64,000 bases of DNA from Trichosphaerium sp. ATCC 40318 (Eukaryota > Protista > Tubulinea), in assembly GCA_038496445.1 (NCBI GenBank), contig JALMLS010000329.1:124001-188000 (forward strand), read 5' to 3'. The notes under the pieces were generated by a model that was not told where the DNA came from, did no database searches, and worked only from the letters and a program-made list of their open reading frames with translations. A program made the position numbers and the translations under genes. The stretch's first letter is position 1. Each line of letters opens with the position of its first letter. Below are positions 1-12,156 of the stretch, one piece after another.

Positions 1-69
1 GCTGGCCCTAAGATGATAAAAATAAGATCTATCGTTACCACGCAACACAAGACGCGTATTAATACGCAA

Positions 70-450
70 AAGGGGTATATGGCGTGGCAGAAAAGTAGCT
101 ATAAAGAAAATAATGTCAAACATTCAGGCAGCTATCAGCGGTATATCTAGTCGGTAAAGAGATAATGATATGGTCTATACTTGACATGCTAGCAACAATA
201 GTAAACTCATCGCTCTTGTTTTCTAGCTACAAATACTTGACATCAAAAGAATGAAACAATCCTTTACAGACACGCTGTGTGGTGAAGGAATATCAAGAGT
301 GATGAAGTATTAGTATTTTATTGTAATCAGAGCCTTGGACTCAATTGATTTCCTTGGATGAGAGTTGTCGAGGTTTACAAGAACTCATTTCATATTGAAG
401 CACAAACTAGTAGCTACTCTATGGTTAACAGAAAATGTATTACTACACCT
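70..450 (+). pseudogene. Degenerate TKL-type protein kinase fragment
   Basis: Fragments read RGIWRGRKVAIKKI (subdomain II), KEIMIWSIL (III) and LTENVLL (VIb-like) in different frames, with stops between them. Confidence 0.45.
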
Positions 451-498
451 GTACTGTAATTAAGATGTATTTTATTACTATTTCAAGAATCAAACAAT

Positions 499-1704
499 TT
501 AACGTCTTATTATATTCACTGCACCTGTCAATGACTTGATTTGTTCATCATTTAGTTTGCAATTTTTTGTCAAGTACATAGTATGTACACCTGAAAGTCC
601 TTTCAACAATTCTTCTGTTAAATTCCAATGCTGCAAACCAATTGTGTGTACGCCCGCCAATGCTTTGATATCCGATATCTTGTAACATCTTGCCAACTGA
701 ATAGTATGCACACCTGCCAGTGCCTTGATGCCCTCATTTGTTATCTTTGTATCAGCTAGACCAATCAAATGTACACCTGATAATGCCTTTACACCTTCAT
801 CTGTTACTTTTGTACCTTGTAGATTAATGAAGTGTACACCTGACAATGCCTTTATACCGTCATCTGTTATATTTGTTCCTGCTAAATAAATGCTATGTAT
901 GCCTGCCAATGCCTTTATGCTCTCATCTGTTATTAATTTGCAATAGTTCAAGCCAATGGTGTGTACACCAGCTAACATTTTAACACTCTCATCTGTTACA
1001 TTAGTAGATCCTAAGTTAATCCAATGTGCACCTGCCAATGCCTTTACACCTTCATCTGTTATTGATTTGCAATAGTTCAAGCCAATTGTGTGTACACCAG
1101 CTAACATTTTAACACTCTCATCTGTTACATTAGTAGATCCTAAGTTAATCCAGTGTGCACCTGCCAGTGCCTTTACACCTTCATCTGTTATATCTGTATA
1201 TGTTAGATGAATTGTATGTACACCCGACAATGCCTTTACACCTTCATCTGTTACTTTTGTGTATGCCAAGTTAATTGTATGTACGCCAGCCAACGTTGAA
1301 ACACCCTTGTCTGTAATATGTGTACAATGAGACAAGTTTATATTGTGTACACCAGCCAACGCCTTAAGACTCTCATCTGTTACGAATTTACACTTGAACA
1401 GGTCGATAGTGTGTACACCCGCAAGTAAAGGCAAGCAACTGTTGTCTATTGTACAGCCACGCAAAGAAATTACTGTATTCTTCAATAAAGGGCTTCCTGC
1501 CAGGGTCTCTATTTTTTTTTCGCTATCAATAGTGATTTTGCCATATCCCACATGGTTGTGGACAACATCTCGCAAAAGGCGGCAAGTTTGTGCTGAATGC
1601 AGTGTGTGTGTCCCTTGCTTAAGTATATGTACTATTAGTTCAATTGGCAGCAAAGCAAGGTCAGATATGTGCGCATTTGTTTGGTCTGTGGCTTTTTCCT
1701 CCAT
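499..1704 (-). CDS. Intronless F-box + leucine-rich-repeat protein (21-22 aa LAGVHTIxL repeats)
   Basis: N-terminal LALLPIELIVHIL (F-box-like), then about 14 repeats of LAGVHTIxLxxTxVTDEGVKA. First ATG is at 1704; the ORF-track start at 1716 is TTG. Confidence 0.85.
   Translation of the reverse strand: MEEKATDQTNAHISDLALLPIELIVHILKQGTHTLHSAQTCRLLRDVVHNHVGYGKITIDSEKKIETLAGSPLLKNTVISLRGCTIDNSCLPLLAGVHTIDLFKCKFVTDESLKALAGVHNINLSHCTHITDKGVSTLAGVHTINLAYTKVTDEGVKALSGVHTIHLTYTDITDEGVKALAGAHWINLGSTNVTDESVKMLAGVHTIGLNYCKSITDEGVKALAGAHWINLGSTNVTDESVKMLAGVHTIGLNYCKLITDESIKALAGIHSIYLAGTNITDDGIKALSGVHFINLQGTKVTDEGVKALSGVHLIGLADTKITNEGIKALAGVHTIQLARCYKISDIKALAGVHTIGLQHWNLTEELLKGLSGVHTMYLTKNCKLNDEQIKSLTGAVNIIRR
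923..1191. repeat. Near-exact 129-bp (two LRR units, 43 codons) tandem duplication inside the LRR gene
   Basis: ITDEGVKALAGAHWINLGSTNVTDESVKMLAGVHTIGLNYCK occurs twice; DNA copies start at ~923 and ~1052 and differ by a few substitutions. Confidence 0.9.
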
Positions 1705-1892
1705 TTTATCGTACAATGCTAGCTATCTTCGAAGGTTAAAGGGTTTTCAAGCGGAAACTTAGTACTACTTTTTGTGTCTGATTTTGATTGTTCTGAAATA
1801 TTCTTTCACGTCAACTTAGTCAACTAAGTTAAACATAAAACCATTGATATTTTATTTTAACGTGCAGGTTAAGTGTTTGACACGTGATTTAT

Positions 1893-4243
1893 TTACCACA
1901 AAGAATTTTTGGAGGTTATTGGGCACCATCGCGACAAGCTCAACTGATGGACTCTGTCTTTATGCTGGGTGCAAGATGGAAGCTTACACTTTTCTTGTAT
2001 TGCTTCAATAGCTTTATCGATTGTTTCGTCACTGTCTGCTCTTATCAATGCTTCAAAAGCATAAGCTAATACATATCTATTTTTATCATCTAAAGCTTTC
2101 CATAGCGCTTCTGAGTGTTGTATCTTATGTGTTATCTCTTTGTTTTCTCTATTGTCATACATTAACAGTGAGAAAGCGTGACAAGCCGTTGCTCTAAGAA
2201 TGTCACTTGGCTGAAGCGTTATAAACGCTTCCAAAACTGAGATTGATTTCTTTAATTCTTTGATACCAAAGCATCCCAAGCCTTCAACGCCAATCGCTCT
2301 GATAGATTCTACGTGTGTGCTAGAAGCTGTGCGAAGAAATAAACGCGATATTTCAAGATTTTGAGCATCGCTCAAATCACGTGGGTTAATTAATCGCAGA
2401 GCGAGAAGCGCACAAAATATTTTTTCTGATTTTGTTCCCGATACTATTTTTAGCTCAACATCGAAGTCGTCTTCCTTTGGTACTGTTGGGATATTTTCAA
2501 GGTACTTCGCTTGTGTTGAAATATCTTGCTCAGATATTATATCATCTGAGTTTATGAAAGCAAGTAGCTTCGTGAGTGTTATGTCAGAAGAAGATGTTCT
2601 TTTTCCTTCTGAATGTAAAGAGCAAGCGATAACGAGCCCATACAGTGCTGTTCTCACCTTACTTGTACTTTCGTTTTTTAAGACGATTAGTAGCTTATCA
2701 TGAGCCTCTGTATCATCAATACTTCCTAGTGTATAAGATGCTTGAATGCGCTCATTTTCATGAACGCTGTGAAGCTTTTTTGAAAGAGCCGAGTATTTAT
2801 CTTTCTTGTTTTGTATTTTTTCGCTGTCGATTGTTTCTGGTGGTTTTCCTTGCATCCAAGACCACATGGCATTAAGTACTGGTTTCCTTTCTACTATGTA
2901 CTTACGTTTGTATTGACACAACGTTTCTTGATTTATAACTATCTTCGCATATTTCATCGCAAGATTTTTGATTTCTTTGAAATCAGGTGTCTTTGATTTG
3001 TCGATGTTCTTCGTAGCCTCTTGGAGTAAATACCCTAGCGACCTCTTTGAATGGCTGGTGTTACACATATCAAGGCTTTTACTTGATATAAGAGCAATAA
3101 GCGATTCCTTTGATACAGCCTCAAACACTTCTTTGTTGTTGGAAATGATCGACTTTTCGTTTGGCAGTTCTTGGTTGCTTTGAGAAAAAGGAGCCATTCC
3201 TGCCATCCAAGAGAACATATAATCGTACTCTGGTTTAAGGAGTATTAAAGGATCCCATTCGGATGGTTTGGAATAGTTCCATGATGGTTCAGATGGTGTT
3301 TCTGTTCGGACAAACTGAAACTTAAACATCCATCTAACTTTTGCATCTTTGTGAACATTAGCACGATGCCAAATGTCGTAGTGTATAATTACGACTGTCC
3401 CCTGTATTTTCAATCATAAGTTATCATGTACAAGTGTTCTATTAGAAGATTACGTACAGCTTCACAAACAAGAGGAAGCTCGGTAGTGCTCCAATTGTTG
3501 TGAACTTCTTTTGGCTTTTCAGCTCTATTTTTTGAATAGTCACCTCTGTAGTATTGTGTTCCGGGGAGTAGTGCTGTTGGACCCATACTAAAAGTGGTTT
3601 TTTGTGGGTAATACATTGCCATAAGCCAATAAGGTCTATGTAAAGCTCGATACTGGTGACCTTTATACATATCTTTGTGCCAACCAAGAGTCTAAAAAAA
3701 AATTAAGTAAAATACTATCAATAATACACTAGTAGCAAAATGACATCACGTGAATGGTACACTCACTCGTGTAAAACATCAGTTGATGGGTAGTTCATTT
3801 GAAACTTGGCAACGAAGAGAGTGCAACAATAAGTTCGCAGCATGAACAAAAAAAAAAAGAGGAAAAATAAGATGGTTTTCATTGAATTCAATCAAGTTGA
3901 GCAAACAATTTTGATCACCTTTCGTCCTTTTACTGCTTCATGAGCTCTTCTATGAGCGTGCATCATATAGTTAGGCCCTATAAAAGGCGCTGAGCATGTA
4001 TTTACTGTGTTTCGATTAACGCGTACCTAATAGCGAACTAAGAGCTCCAGTGACTTCAGGAGAGTCGTAAACTTGCTGTAGCTCGGGGATACAAGGTAAA
4101 ATATTATTCCCAGGGTCACCAGATGTAGAGAAAAGCTCATTTGTGTCCTTATATATCTTCTCATGCGTAGAATAAGGTAAATCTGGCTTTAAAATGATAA
4201 ACCCGTTCAATAAGAACTCTTGAACGCGAGTATTGTCTAACAT
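1893..4243 (-). CDS. Phytanoyl-CoA dioxygenase (PhyH)-family 2OG/Fe(II) oxygenase with C-terminal HEAT-like repeats, 4 exons
   Basis: Spliced reading: MLDNTRVQEFLLNGF...GDPGNNILP...LLG|PNYMMHAHRRAH..|TLGWHKD...MAMYYPQ...GPTALLPGTQ|GTVVIIHYDIWHRA. Contains the HxD...H triad, followed by a helical repeat region. Confidence 0.8.
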
Positions 4244-4511
4244 TGCGCGTGAGCTGCCAGTATCAGCCGTATTGTTGCAATTAGGCTAATATGATTAAGT
4301 CACGTGATAATGCAACCAAATCAAGCAAAGTACTTTGCGTTAATAAGGCGTTTTCAAACTGACATGAATGTTTCTTGTAAAGAAGTGTATTACGCTTAAA
4401 GGTACAAGTACAGTGCTCTAGGTTGGTCTATTTTTTGGAACATACAAACTACAGTATACTTCTTTTTGTAAGCTTGCACTAGTGCAATATCTAATTTGGT
4501 TGTTGGACTGA

Positions 4512-6479
4512 TTATTCTGTAATACCTAATTTGGCTTTTGCTTCTTCTGTCAAAAGATCTCGTGCGCTAAGAAAGTGTCTAAAAAAGAACCTCAGTAAAA
4601 TTATTAGCAGGTTACACAGTACGCTAGTAGTGATTTAGTTCCATAATTGATATCTAAAGTATCGTATAAAGGAAGATTGGATGCTATAAACCTTATACAT
4701 ATACTCACAAGAGTCATTCTTGTACCTAGAAAAAAGAAAGTTAAAAAAAACCAGAAAAAAAAAGAAAAAAAGATGCCACTCCCGTACTTGTAACAAGAGC
4801 TGACATTAATTGGCCACATGATAAATCTGTTATTCTTCCGTTCTGTGCAAATTCATAATCAAATACTGATTTGACAAGTGTAGGTTTGTTATATCTAACG
4901 AGGTTAGAAACTAGTTAATACGTGTAGAAAAAAGATAATACCTGTGGTGTCCACCAAATCTTGTGCCGCCCTACAAGGTTTGTTATAAGCAATTTTGATT
5001 TAATGTTCTAAGTAATTTTAGTACCCAAACATAGGCATCTCCATACTGTGTAAGACAACCTTCATTAGCTCTTCCGCATGTCATATGATCCACGCCAATA
5101 TGACTTAAATTCTCATTTTTTACTGGATGAGAGAACATTTTGTTCTGGTTTTTTCCGGCGTGACCAAGTCTGTAATCATCCCCATCACCCCAAGAATATA
5201 CTTCACCGTCATCTTATAGTGTGTTAGGTTTAAAAAACATATAAATTGCAAGTCAGTACATGTGACAGCATTCAAGTGGATGTATCCAACAAAAACCGTA
5301 TCAACTCTTCCTTTTAATTGTTTAACAAGAATAGGATCTTCAGCGTTGCGGTATTCACTAAAACCAAAATAACTTGCCCCAGAACAAAAATTGTGTATTC
5401 CCCACAGATAGAGATCACCTCCAACTACGCCAAAGTAAGTATAATCCAAACTGAGGCGAAAAAAATACAAACAAAGTACCTGTAACAACAGCCGTCCAAT
5501 CAGATCCCATTCCAATACTTTTAGCTTCTGGTATGCTATCCATTGATTTCCATGGAGTTTGAAGACTTTGTAGATATCCACTTGCAATAACTCTTCCTTT
5601 GTCTAATACCTCAATCGTCAATAGAAGAAGTGTTTACCAAAAAAATGTTGTACTTAACACGTGCCTGTAAGAAGAGTTGTTGAATTACTACCACATGCAG
5701 CTGCAACGAACTTGTGGTCATTATATTGTATTTCTGTGGGCTTAGAAATATCTGAAGGACATGAGCCGTTTTTTGAAACAATAGTACAAGCATGACCCCA
5801 CGTGAAAGCTTTAAGGGTATCTATTAAAAAAAGGTTTTAGAGAGCCAAAAGAAATGGCCAACAAACCTGTTATAGCAACCGTATGACCACCTTCATATGA
5901 ACCAGGGGTAGTAACAGCAATGGAAGTAAACCTTTGGCCCTAAATCATAAGCGTTAAATAAAGAAATACCAGAAAACAAAAAGCAACAATTTTCGTAGAA
6001 CAAAAAAAATATTATGCTTTCTCGCTACTCTGTGGAGCGTAGAGTATGAAAATCGAGAACTTGCAGCTGAAACGAAAAAAACTTACAAAACACGTACTTC
6101 GATGTCTAGAACACGCGGTGTAGGTACGAGGGCATGACCATGTCCAGTACCTAGACCTGAACCCCAAGAGTACAGGGTTCCGTTGGCTTTAAACGTTTTT
6201 TAGTACTGGTACGTTTAAACACTTTTCTAAAGCAATCCGCGTACCCGAAAGCGCTATTGTATGAGTATTAGAGCATTTAACCGATATTATACGACACAGC
6301 TCTAATGACGATAGAAGGATCGGGTGTGGGAATTCTCTACGACCTTCGTACCATCCGCTTACGTCTTGAGCTTTTTCTCTCTTGCTATTACTGTGGCCAG
6401 TATATTGCATTTCGCCCCATGTGTATACATACGTGAACGCTAGTTCGTTTTTGTTCAAGCCTGTTTGCTCTATTTCCAT
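4512..6479 (-). CDS. RCC1-repeat (beta-propeller) protein, multi-exon, with C-terminal BC-box-like motif
   Basis: Exons encode VYTWG, GTLYSWGSG, GDLYLWG and VYSWG-type RCC1 blades and SVKCSNTHTIAL. The tail has TLVSICIRFI; stop at 4512. Confidence 0.7.
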
Positions 6480-7543
6480 TGTGGCGTTTTATGTTACAGA
6501 GACTGTGTTTGTTTTCACAGAAGCAAACCGAACGAAAAAACGTTTTACAAACGGTTGTTGTGTTGAAAGTGAACGATGAAAATGAACGTGGTCCTAGTGT
6601 ATTGTGAGTACTACTAGTGCCTCTGTACTAATTTGCGACAACAGACTTTCCTCAAAAAAGTACGTGGTTCTAAAAATCCTCTTGTACCTCGAAAGTGGAT
6701 AAAAATGGTGGTGTTGAACTAAGTACTGACAATTTTCGCAGTTTGGTAATGGTTCCTACAGGCTTTATGTATACTCCGATAATCAAATACATTACTAATC
6801 ATGCTTTAACATCCACAGTAGTAACGGGTTTGTTGAGCATAAATGTAGTTCACAAGTTCGCTCAGGCTGTCTAGGCTGTTAGGATGCTGACAAAAGTTAC
6901 CTGCAACAGAGAAGAGGCTATAGTCCGCTTAGTTATACTGTTTTTAAGGAAAGTACAGCCTTGGATATTTCGAAGCTCTTTAGCTCAAAGATCACGTGGA
7001 TTGTTTTTAGTCCGTGCCAAGAGTATTCTGACGTAGGCTGCTGGATTTTAAATTCCAAAGCGGATGACGCTTAAATAATCTGTACGTAGCCAAATCTGTC
7101 TCGAGGGTAGGGCAAGGTACTGGTTGAGTTAAACTTGTTTATGTTTTAAGTTACCTGATGTGACTTTTTTGTGTTTTAATGTCACTACACTGGGAACAGT
7201 ATGCTGCGGAAAATTTAAAACCCCGCTTTCAACACTGTTGTGTTTATTGGATGAGTATTTTCGGTTCATTTCCAAGCTACAAAAATACTACGAAACTTTA
7301 CAGTATAACATGTTTTTTTTTTCACAAAGCAATCATCCATCCGTTAATATCCATCGAAATTATGTCGTGAGTCGGCTTCGTTATATCAATTTACCCGCAA
7401 TCCATGTGATTTGCACACTGTAGTCTTATAAATCGCGTAGTAAAGTGATGTTTTAACTTGTAAGCTGTTTGTATCCACAGAGTAAAAAGATTGAGATTTC
7501 TTAGCTCAACTTCATTTGTTATTCACACTAAAATTGCTCAACA

Positions 7544-8032
7544 ATGACAACGTTTCTGGTAATACTTCTTTCTGTATTCGTTGCCGTTGCTTCTACTCAG
7601 CCTACAGCACCAGTAGATATTCAATTTGTATTGGACATCATTAAATTAAATGGCTATAAACTCAATCTTGTTAACGCCACAAACATCATTTCAGAAGCAT
7701 CCGGTTGTGAAGGCATTACACTTCAGAAGAAGCCTTCCCAAGTAGTTGAATTCTTTACTCAATGGACTATTGGCAACATAACGGTTCCAGAAGAAGGCTC
7801 AGTATGCAGCTTCAACACAGAGTTGATATACTCGGTGGTAGGAAACACAGACGTCATGTTTAAAATACAATCTTCAAACAAAGTACTCTACGATAGTGGC
7901 GCTGTCAAGTATGTTTTCGCTCAGTCCCCATGTTGCCTTACTCCAGAGTGTTTACTGATGGGATTTGACTATGAGACAACATCTACTTTTGTAATGGACG
8001 ACGTTGTTCCTACTAAAAAATGCTATTCGTAG
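7544..8032 (+). CDS. Secreted Cys-containing 162-aa protein, paralog 1, function unknown
   Basis: Signal peptide MTTFLVILLSVFVAVAS, intronless, clear paralog at 8916-9404, AATAAA just after the stop. Confidence 0.85.
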   Translation: MTTFLVILLSVFVAVASTQPTAPVDIQFVLDIIKLNGYKLNLVNATNIISEASGCEGITLQKKPSQVVEFFTQWTIGNITVPEEGSVCSFNTELIYSVVGNTDVMFKIQSSNKVLYDSGAVKYVFAQSPCCLTPECLLMGFDYETTSTFVMDDVVPTKKCYS

Positions 8033-8915
8033 AAAATAAACAAAAGTTGTTATTTCGCACTTGATGTAGTAAGACTTTCAAATTCTCACGCAATGAACGC
8101 TGTGTTGGTTTTGTTCTGTATTTTAAGGTAGGTCATCGATGTTTTTCAGAGAGCTGACCAGTGCCACCAAGAAATTAACTAGTCTAATACGTAGCCCTTA
8201 AAAACACGATATGTGAAAGCTGTACAGCTAATCAAAATCAGCACTTCGGTTGATAATCCTAATATATTCTCAACAAAGTTCTTGCTATCCGAAGACAACG
8301 AAACCAATGCTACAAAGGATGAACCATGGAAGCAGTTACCTTCACTGTACCAGCTCATTCAAGAGCTAAATACGTTGTGCTTTAGCTGTTAAGCCAAAAG
8401 CATAATAGAAATACAATCTCGCTCTCATAGAACACGATAAGCATGTGCTACCGCGTTGCGAGAGCTGAAGTTGACTGATTTAACTGTTCGAGTTACAAGC
8501 TCGCAGTTTACGTGGTTACTACCGTACTTAAAACCTACACTTTAGAAACAGCCGAACAACTGCTTATTGACACGGGTTGTCGTAACGTAGTCAAATATCA
8601 CGTGCCCAGTGATGTTTAGAGGTAAATTGTGCTCAAATATCTTTACTTTCATTATTATTCAAGTATTATCGACTGGGTAACGCGATTGTGGGTTTTTTCT
8701 CAGCTAATTCGTACCTCCTGTAAGTTTGCGTAGCATGTGTGGTTTGTGACACGTACCTAACATTTCAGGAAACGCTTTAAATATTCTCAACAGCCTTACA
8801 CCACGTGGTAAAGTAACATTTTAACTTTTAAGTTGCTTGTGCCCCACAGTTTAAAAAGACTGAGATTTCTCATCTCAATAGCTTTATTTGTTATTCGTAG
8901 TAAAATTTCTCAACA

Positions 8916-9404
8916 ATGACAACTTTTCTGGTAATACTTCTTTCTGTATTCATTGCCTTTGCTTCTACTCAGCCTACAGCACCAGTAGATATTCAATTTG
9001 GATTAAACATCATTAAATTAAGTGGTGTTAAACTTAATCTTGTTGACGATTCAAATATCATTTCAGGAGTGTACCAATGCGATGGCATTACACTTCAGAA
9101 GAAGCCTTCCCAAATTGTTGATAGGGGTACTGAATGGACTATTGGCAATATAACAGTTCCAGAGGAAGGCTCATTATGCGGTTTCTACACAGAGTTGATT
9201 TACGAAGTGGAAGGAAAGCCAGAGATCAAGTTTAAAATACAATCTTCAAACAAAGTTTTCTACGAGGGTGGCGCTATCAAGTTTGTTTTCTCCCAGTTCC
9301 CTTGTTGCTTTAGTGAAGATTGTATGTTGTTTGGATTTGACTATGCAACAACATCTACTTTTTCAATGAACCGTATTCTCCCTGCTCCAAAGTGCTTATC
9401 ATAG
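8916..9404 (+). CDS. Secreted Cys-containing 162-aa protein, paralog 2
   Basis: Same length, same six Cys positions and homologous ~100 bp upstream region as 7544-8032. Confidence 0.85.
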   Translation: MTTFLVILLSVFIAFASTQPTAPVDIQFGLNIIKLSGVKLNLVDDSNIISGVYQCDGITLQKKPSQIVDRGTEWTIGNITVPEEGSLCGFYTELIYEVEGKPEIKFKIQSSNKVFYEGGAIKFVFSQFPCCFSEDCMLFGFDYATTSTFSMNRILPAPKCLS

Positions 9405-9828
9405 AAATAAACTAATTGTTTCCTCACTTTGTTTCGATAGTTAACTAACTACGACTTCCTAATTCTAGGAAAGTCATTTTACATTATGCAACCTTTCGAC
9501 AGCACACTTGCATTTTTGAACCAGTTCCACGCAAATAGCTGTATTTAGTTTTTACAGCAAAGGTATAATCACGTGCGCCACTGTTGTGCGGATCTCTTTT
9601 AAGACAAAGGTTGTCTTTTGTTTCTCAAAAAGTACCATTATTAACTTTGCAGCTTGTTGAAGTGCTGATACAAGTCGCTTTGCGTGTTTTCCTTATGAAA
9701 GCGTGTGCTATAAAACACGTGCTTGTTGTTGACAATATTGTGCTGTTTCCGTCGTTAAAGTAGTAGGACTATTAATTGCATACTTTGTGCAACTCTGCAC
9801 TAGCGTCGGTTGCTAGACCAAATTGGTT

Positions 9829-11643
9829 TTATTTACTTTTTTTTTTGTTAGTCATCTTGTCCACAAAAGTAACTATCTTTTCCTTTGTTGCATCACTATA
9901 CTCTTTTGATTGCAATAAAATATTATCCTTTATAGCGTTATGTATATCAACAGTACCATATTGAATCAAATGATCAATAACATCAGATAACATATCTTGT
10001 TCTTTTTTAAATCCACGAACCAATGTCAATATAGTAACACCGTTTATACCAACACCATAAGTTCCTTGCATATGCTTGAATACACGTAAGGCTTCTTTGT
10101 ATTTACCAAGCATACAATAAGCACGTATCTCCTCATTACAAGTGAATAGAATTGATTTCAATCCTCTACCTTTCAACTCAACTATTCTTTCTATCGCTTC
10201 TTCTGGTTTTCCTTGTTCTATTAATACATTGATTAAAGTATTATATACAACTATATCACGTGATTCAATACTATCAAATAATGATATAGCATCATCCAAT
10301 TTATCTACCTTTGCATGACATTTTATCATAGTTGAGTAAATGTATCCGTTTGGTTTTATTCCCATTTTTATCATCATATCGAAAAACTTTTGAGATGTTT
10401 CTATATTGTTTTTTGAAGCATAATGTTTTATCAGCTCGTTGAATGCTGGTTTTACCTTTTTCTTTTCTGTATCGTTTGTGTCTTTTAATAGCGTTACCAG
10501 ACGCTTAACCATATCGTTCTGACAAAGAACACGTGCTAGAATTGCGTATGTAATCATATCAGGTTTCGCCTTAAGAAAAATTTTTTAGACATAAGTACAA
10601 CTTCTTTCCACGACCACGTGAGTGACTGAGAAGGCCGTACAAAAATTCTAGTTTGTATTTTTTCTGGTGATTTAAAATCGCAAGCGAAGAAGAACAGAGG
10701 TGGGTGTTTTTATGCGCATGAAACGAAAAGAAAAGACGAAGTTTTTTTTTTCATAATTTTTGACAAAAAGAATACAACAGGTCATCACATAGTTTCTCAG
10801 TACGCACCTCGCTTAGATTCATTTTATCCCATAGTTCGAGCGCTTCTTTAGGCTTTTTAAGACCTTCATATGCCTTCATGACTTTATTGTAGATCGGCGT
10901 ACTAGGCTTTAACTTCGCATCCGCAGAAATAATTTCATAAAGTTCGATAACACCATCATGTTGCTTTCTTTTCGCCAATAGACTCATGACTTGTAGGCAC
11001 GTACTCTTATCTGGTGATATACCAGCATTTTTCATACTCTTAAACATATCAAAAGCTCTCTGAGGCTCATTACAAACCGAGCATTTTTCGAACATTTTTT
11101 TGTAAATGCCAAGATTTGGCTCAACACGTTCTCCAATCATGTGATCAAAGACTTGTGATACTTGAGGTAACGTATCACACAATCCAATTGTAGTCTCGTA
11201 TACATTCGCCTTGAGTTGTGTACCTTGAGATTTGATGATTTCAAGCTCTTTAAACGCAAAATCAAAGTCACCGAATGCAGGAACGTGCTTTGAAAATAAA
11301 TCCAGTACGTCAGCGTTAGGGTTTGTTTTCTTGTGCATATACAACTTTTTACGCGTCTCTGCAATAATTTAGGGAAGATTCAAGCGTTTTAATGAATTTT
11401 TAAGCTCAGTACCTGGCGGTAAGTTGACAGCAGCCTTATAGCGACGCTGTTGGTATTGTGACGGCGTAAGTCGCTATAATTAAGGTTATATACACGTTTT
11501 AAAGAGGTAAAAACTATAAGGGCGCGAATAGACCCAATTTTATCTGTGAAGGAATAATTAAGCGTAGTAATGCGTACTGTCGCAGGTTTGCGGGGCGCCT
11601 GGCCGGCAAATGCATAAGAGCTTCTAATTGCTCTATGAATCAT
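9829..11643 (-). CDS. Pentatricopeptide-repeat (PPR) protein with probable mitochondrial presequence (paralog C), multi-exon
   Basis: Exon 1 MIHRAIRSSYAFAGQAPRKPAT is Arg/Ser-rich with no acidic residues. PPR motifs include PNGYIYSTMIKCHAK and RDIVVYNTLINVLIEQGKPEEA. ORFs 10751-11344 and 9829-10557 join through a GT-AG intron. Confidence 0.85.
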
Positions 11644-11722
11644 AGTCAAGTATAAGCACTATTGTTAGAGCGTAATGGAATGTTTTTTTGGTGATTTCAA
11701 CAGGAAGCACGTAGACTTTTTT

Positions 11723-12069
11723 CTGCCTAATTAAAATGCCCAATCTTGGCTAAACATCGACATAGCCCTCATGTTTCGTCCTCCTGAAACAGCGCTGTTT
11801 TATTTTAGCGCTAAGCCTCCTTTTAAAAGGTCACTCCTATTTGTAGCACGTGACTTTCTCCCTTTATGCTCACGTAAAATACTCTATAAGGCTACACTAA
11901 TGGATAGCTTACAGAGTTGCACTAGGTCTACCTATGTCACAAACCGTACTGAAAAAGCAGACGTAGCGCTAGGTCAAATCCACTGTCACATGCAAATTAT
12001 AGATTGAAAGGACGAAACATGTGAGGGCTATGTCGATGTTTAGCCAAGATTTGGTATTTAATTAGGCAG
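11723..12069. mobile_element. Non-autonomous TIR element (MITE-like), ~347 bp
   Basis: About 60-bp imperfect terminal inverted repeats (ctgcctaattaaa..tcttggctaaacatcgacatagccctca..tgtttcgtcct). No clear TSD. Confidence 0.7.
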
Positions 12070-12156
12070 TGTTATTTATACAAACGTATTCAATTGCATA
12101 ACGGAAGAATGTTAAACCCAAACAAGGGTGCAACAAACACTTGTTAATAAATATGT

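Noticed and set aside
1343-1762. 139-aa plus-strand ORF and similar antisense ORFs (2645-3183, 27389-28092, 47032-47322, 56047-56322)
   Set aside because: Shadows of real genes on the opposite strand, with no independent coding signal.
1813-1830. Short hairpin AACTTAGT-ca-ACTAAGTT upstream of the LRR gene
   Set aside because: An 8-bp AT-rich stem is expected by chance, and bacterial-style terminators do not apply here.
8203-8400. Open frame of ~65 codons between the secreted paralogs
   Set aside because: No in-phase start or splice path found and no recognisable motif.
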